A stretch of DNA of 64,000 nt from a virus (lineage: Duplodnaviria; Heunggongvirae; Uroviricota; Caudoviricetes; Demerecviridae). This document shows, piece by piece, positions 63,907 to 64,000 of this stretch. The number at the start of each line of letters is the position of its first letter. Within the stretch, counting starts at the first letter, position 1. Where the stretch lies: positions 35,092 through 99,091 of the IMG/VR virus record IMGVR_UViG_2974499940_000001; one strand, given 5' to 3'. Made by a program: the position numbers and the translations under genes. The notes below the pieces were generated by a model. That model searched no databases and was not told where the DNA came from. It saw only the letters and a list, made by a program, of their open reading frames with translations.

Positions 63907-64000
63907 AGTGTTTAACTGTTTCAGCTATCACGTTGCCGCGCTTATCAAATTTCTTCTCGGTAACACGAAAGGCATTTTTGTTACGTGCTACATATTCGAT

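Noticed and set aside
1-64000. Integrase/excisionase, att sites or other signs of a temperate or integrated element
   Set aside because: None seen. The content and promoter architecture are typical of a virulent T5-like phage.

Overview
This window reads as the early and replication region of a T5-like (Demerecviridae/Tequintavirus-type) lytic coliphage. Positions 1-18.3 kb are a minus-strand block: 5' part of a family-A DNA polymerase (MKIAIVDKALNNTRYDK..., TTG start), DnaG-type primase, DnaB-type helicase, a split NAD-dependent DNA ligase (A and B genes), a 930-aa primase-like/SF2 helicase, a Sir2-like/HAD accessory cluster and anaerobic RNR nrdD. Positions 18.6-61.2 kb are a long plus-strand block: phoH, nrdA, nrdB, DHFR, thymidylate synthase, RNase H, a DEDD exonuclease, a secreted SleB-like hydrolase, an SPFH protein and a roughly 12-kb tRNA region with about 27 tRNA genes, small ORFs and non-tRNA structured RNAs. 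After the tRNA region come many small early ORFs including spanins, dNMP kinase, ClpP-like protease, holin, endolysin, thioredoxin, two metallophosphatases and an HNH-AP2 endonuclease. About 30 copies of one extremely regular sigma70-type promoter (TTGCTw, 17-bp spacer, TATAAT, then ATAAATTGATGAGAGG) drive the genes, with many intrinsic terminators. Positions 61.2-63.0 kb have no ORFs and carry iteron-like GTCGGATTTGCACA direct repeats, an array of AATGAGAAT/ATTCTCATT palindromes, DnaA boxes and a LexA-like box, reminiscent of the T5 first-step-transfer/injection-stop region. The last ~0.9 kb is GC-richer with two minus-strand ORFs. Two small ORFs carry single in-frame stop codons (TGA at ~8.6 kb, TAG at 41.04 kb), and several class-I tRNA-like genes carry Leu-type anticodons. 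All coordinates were hand-counted and may be off by 1-2 nt.
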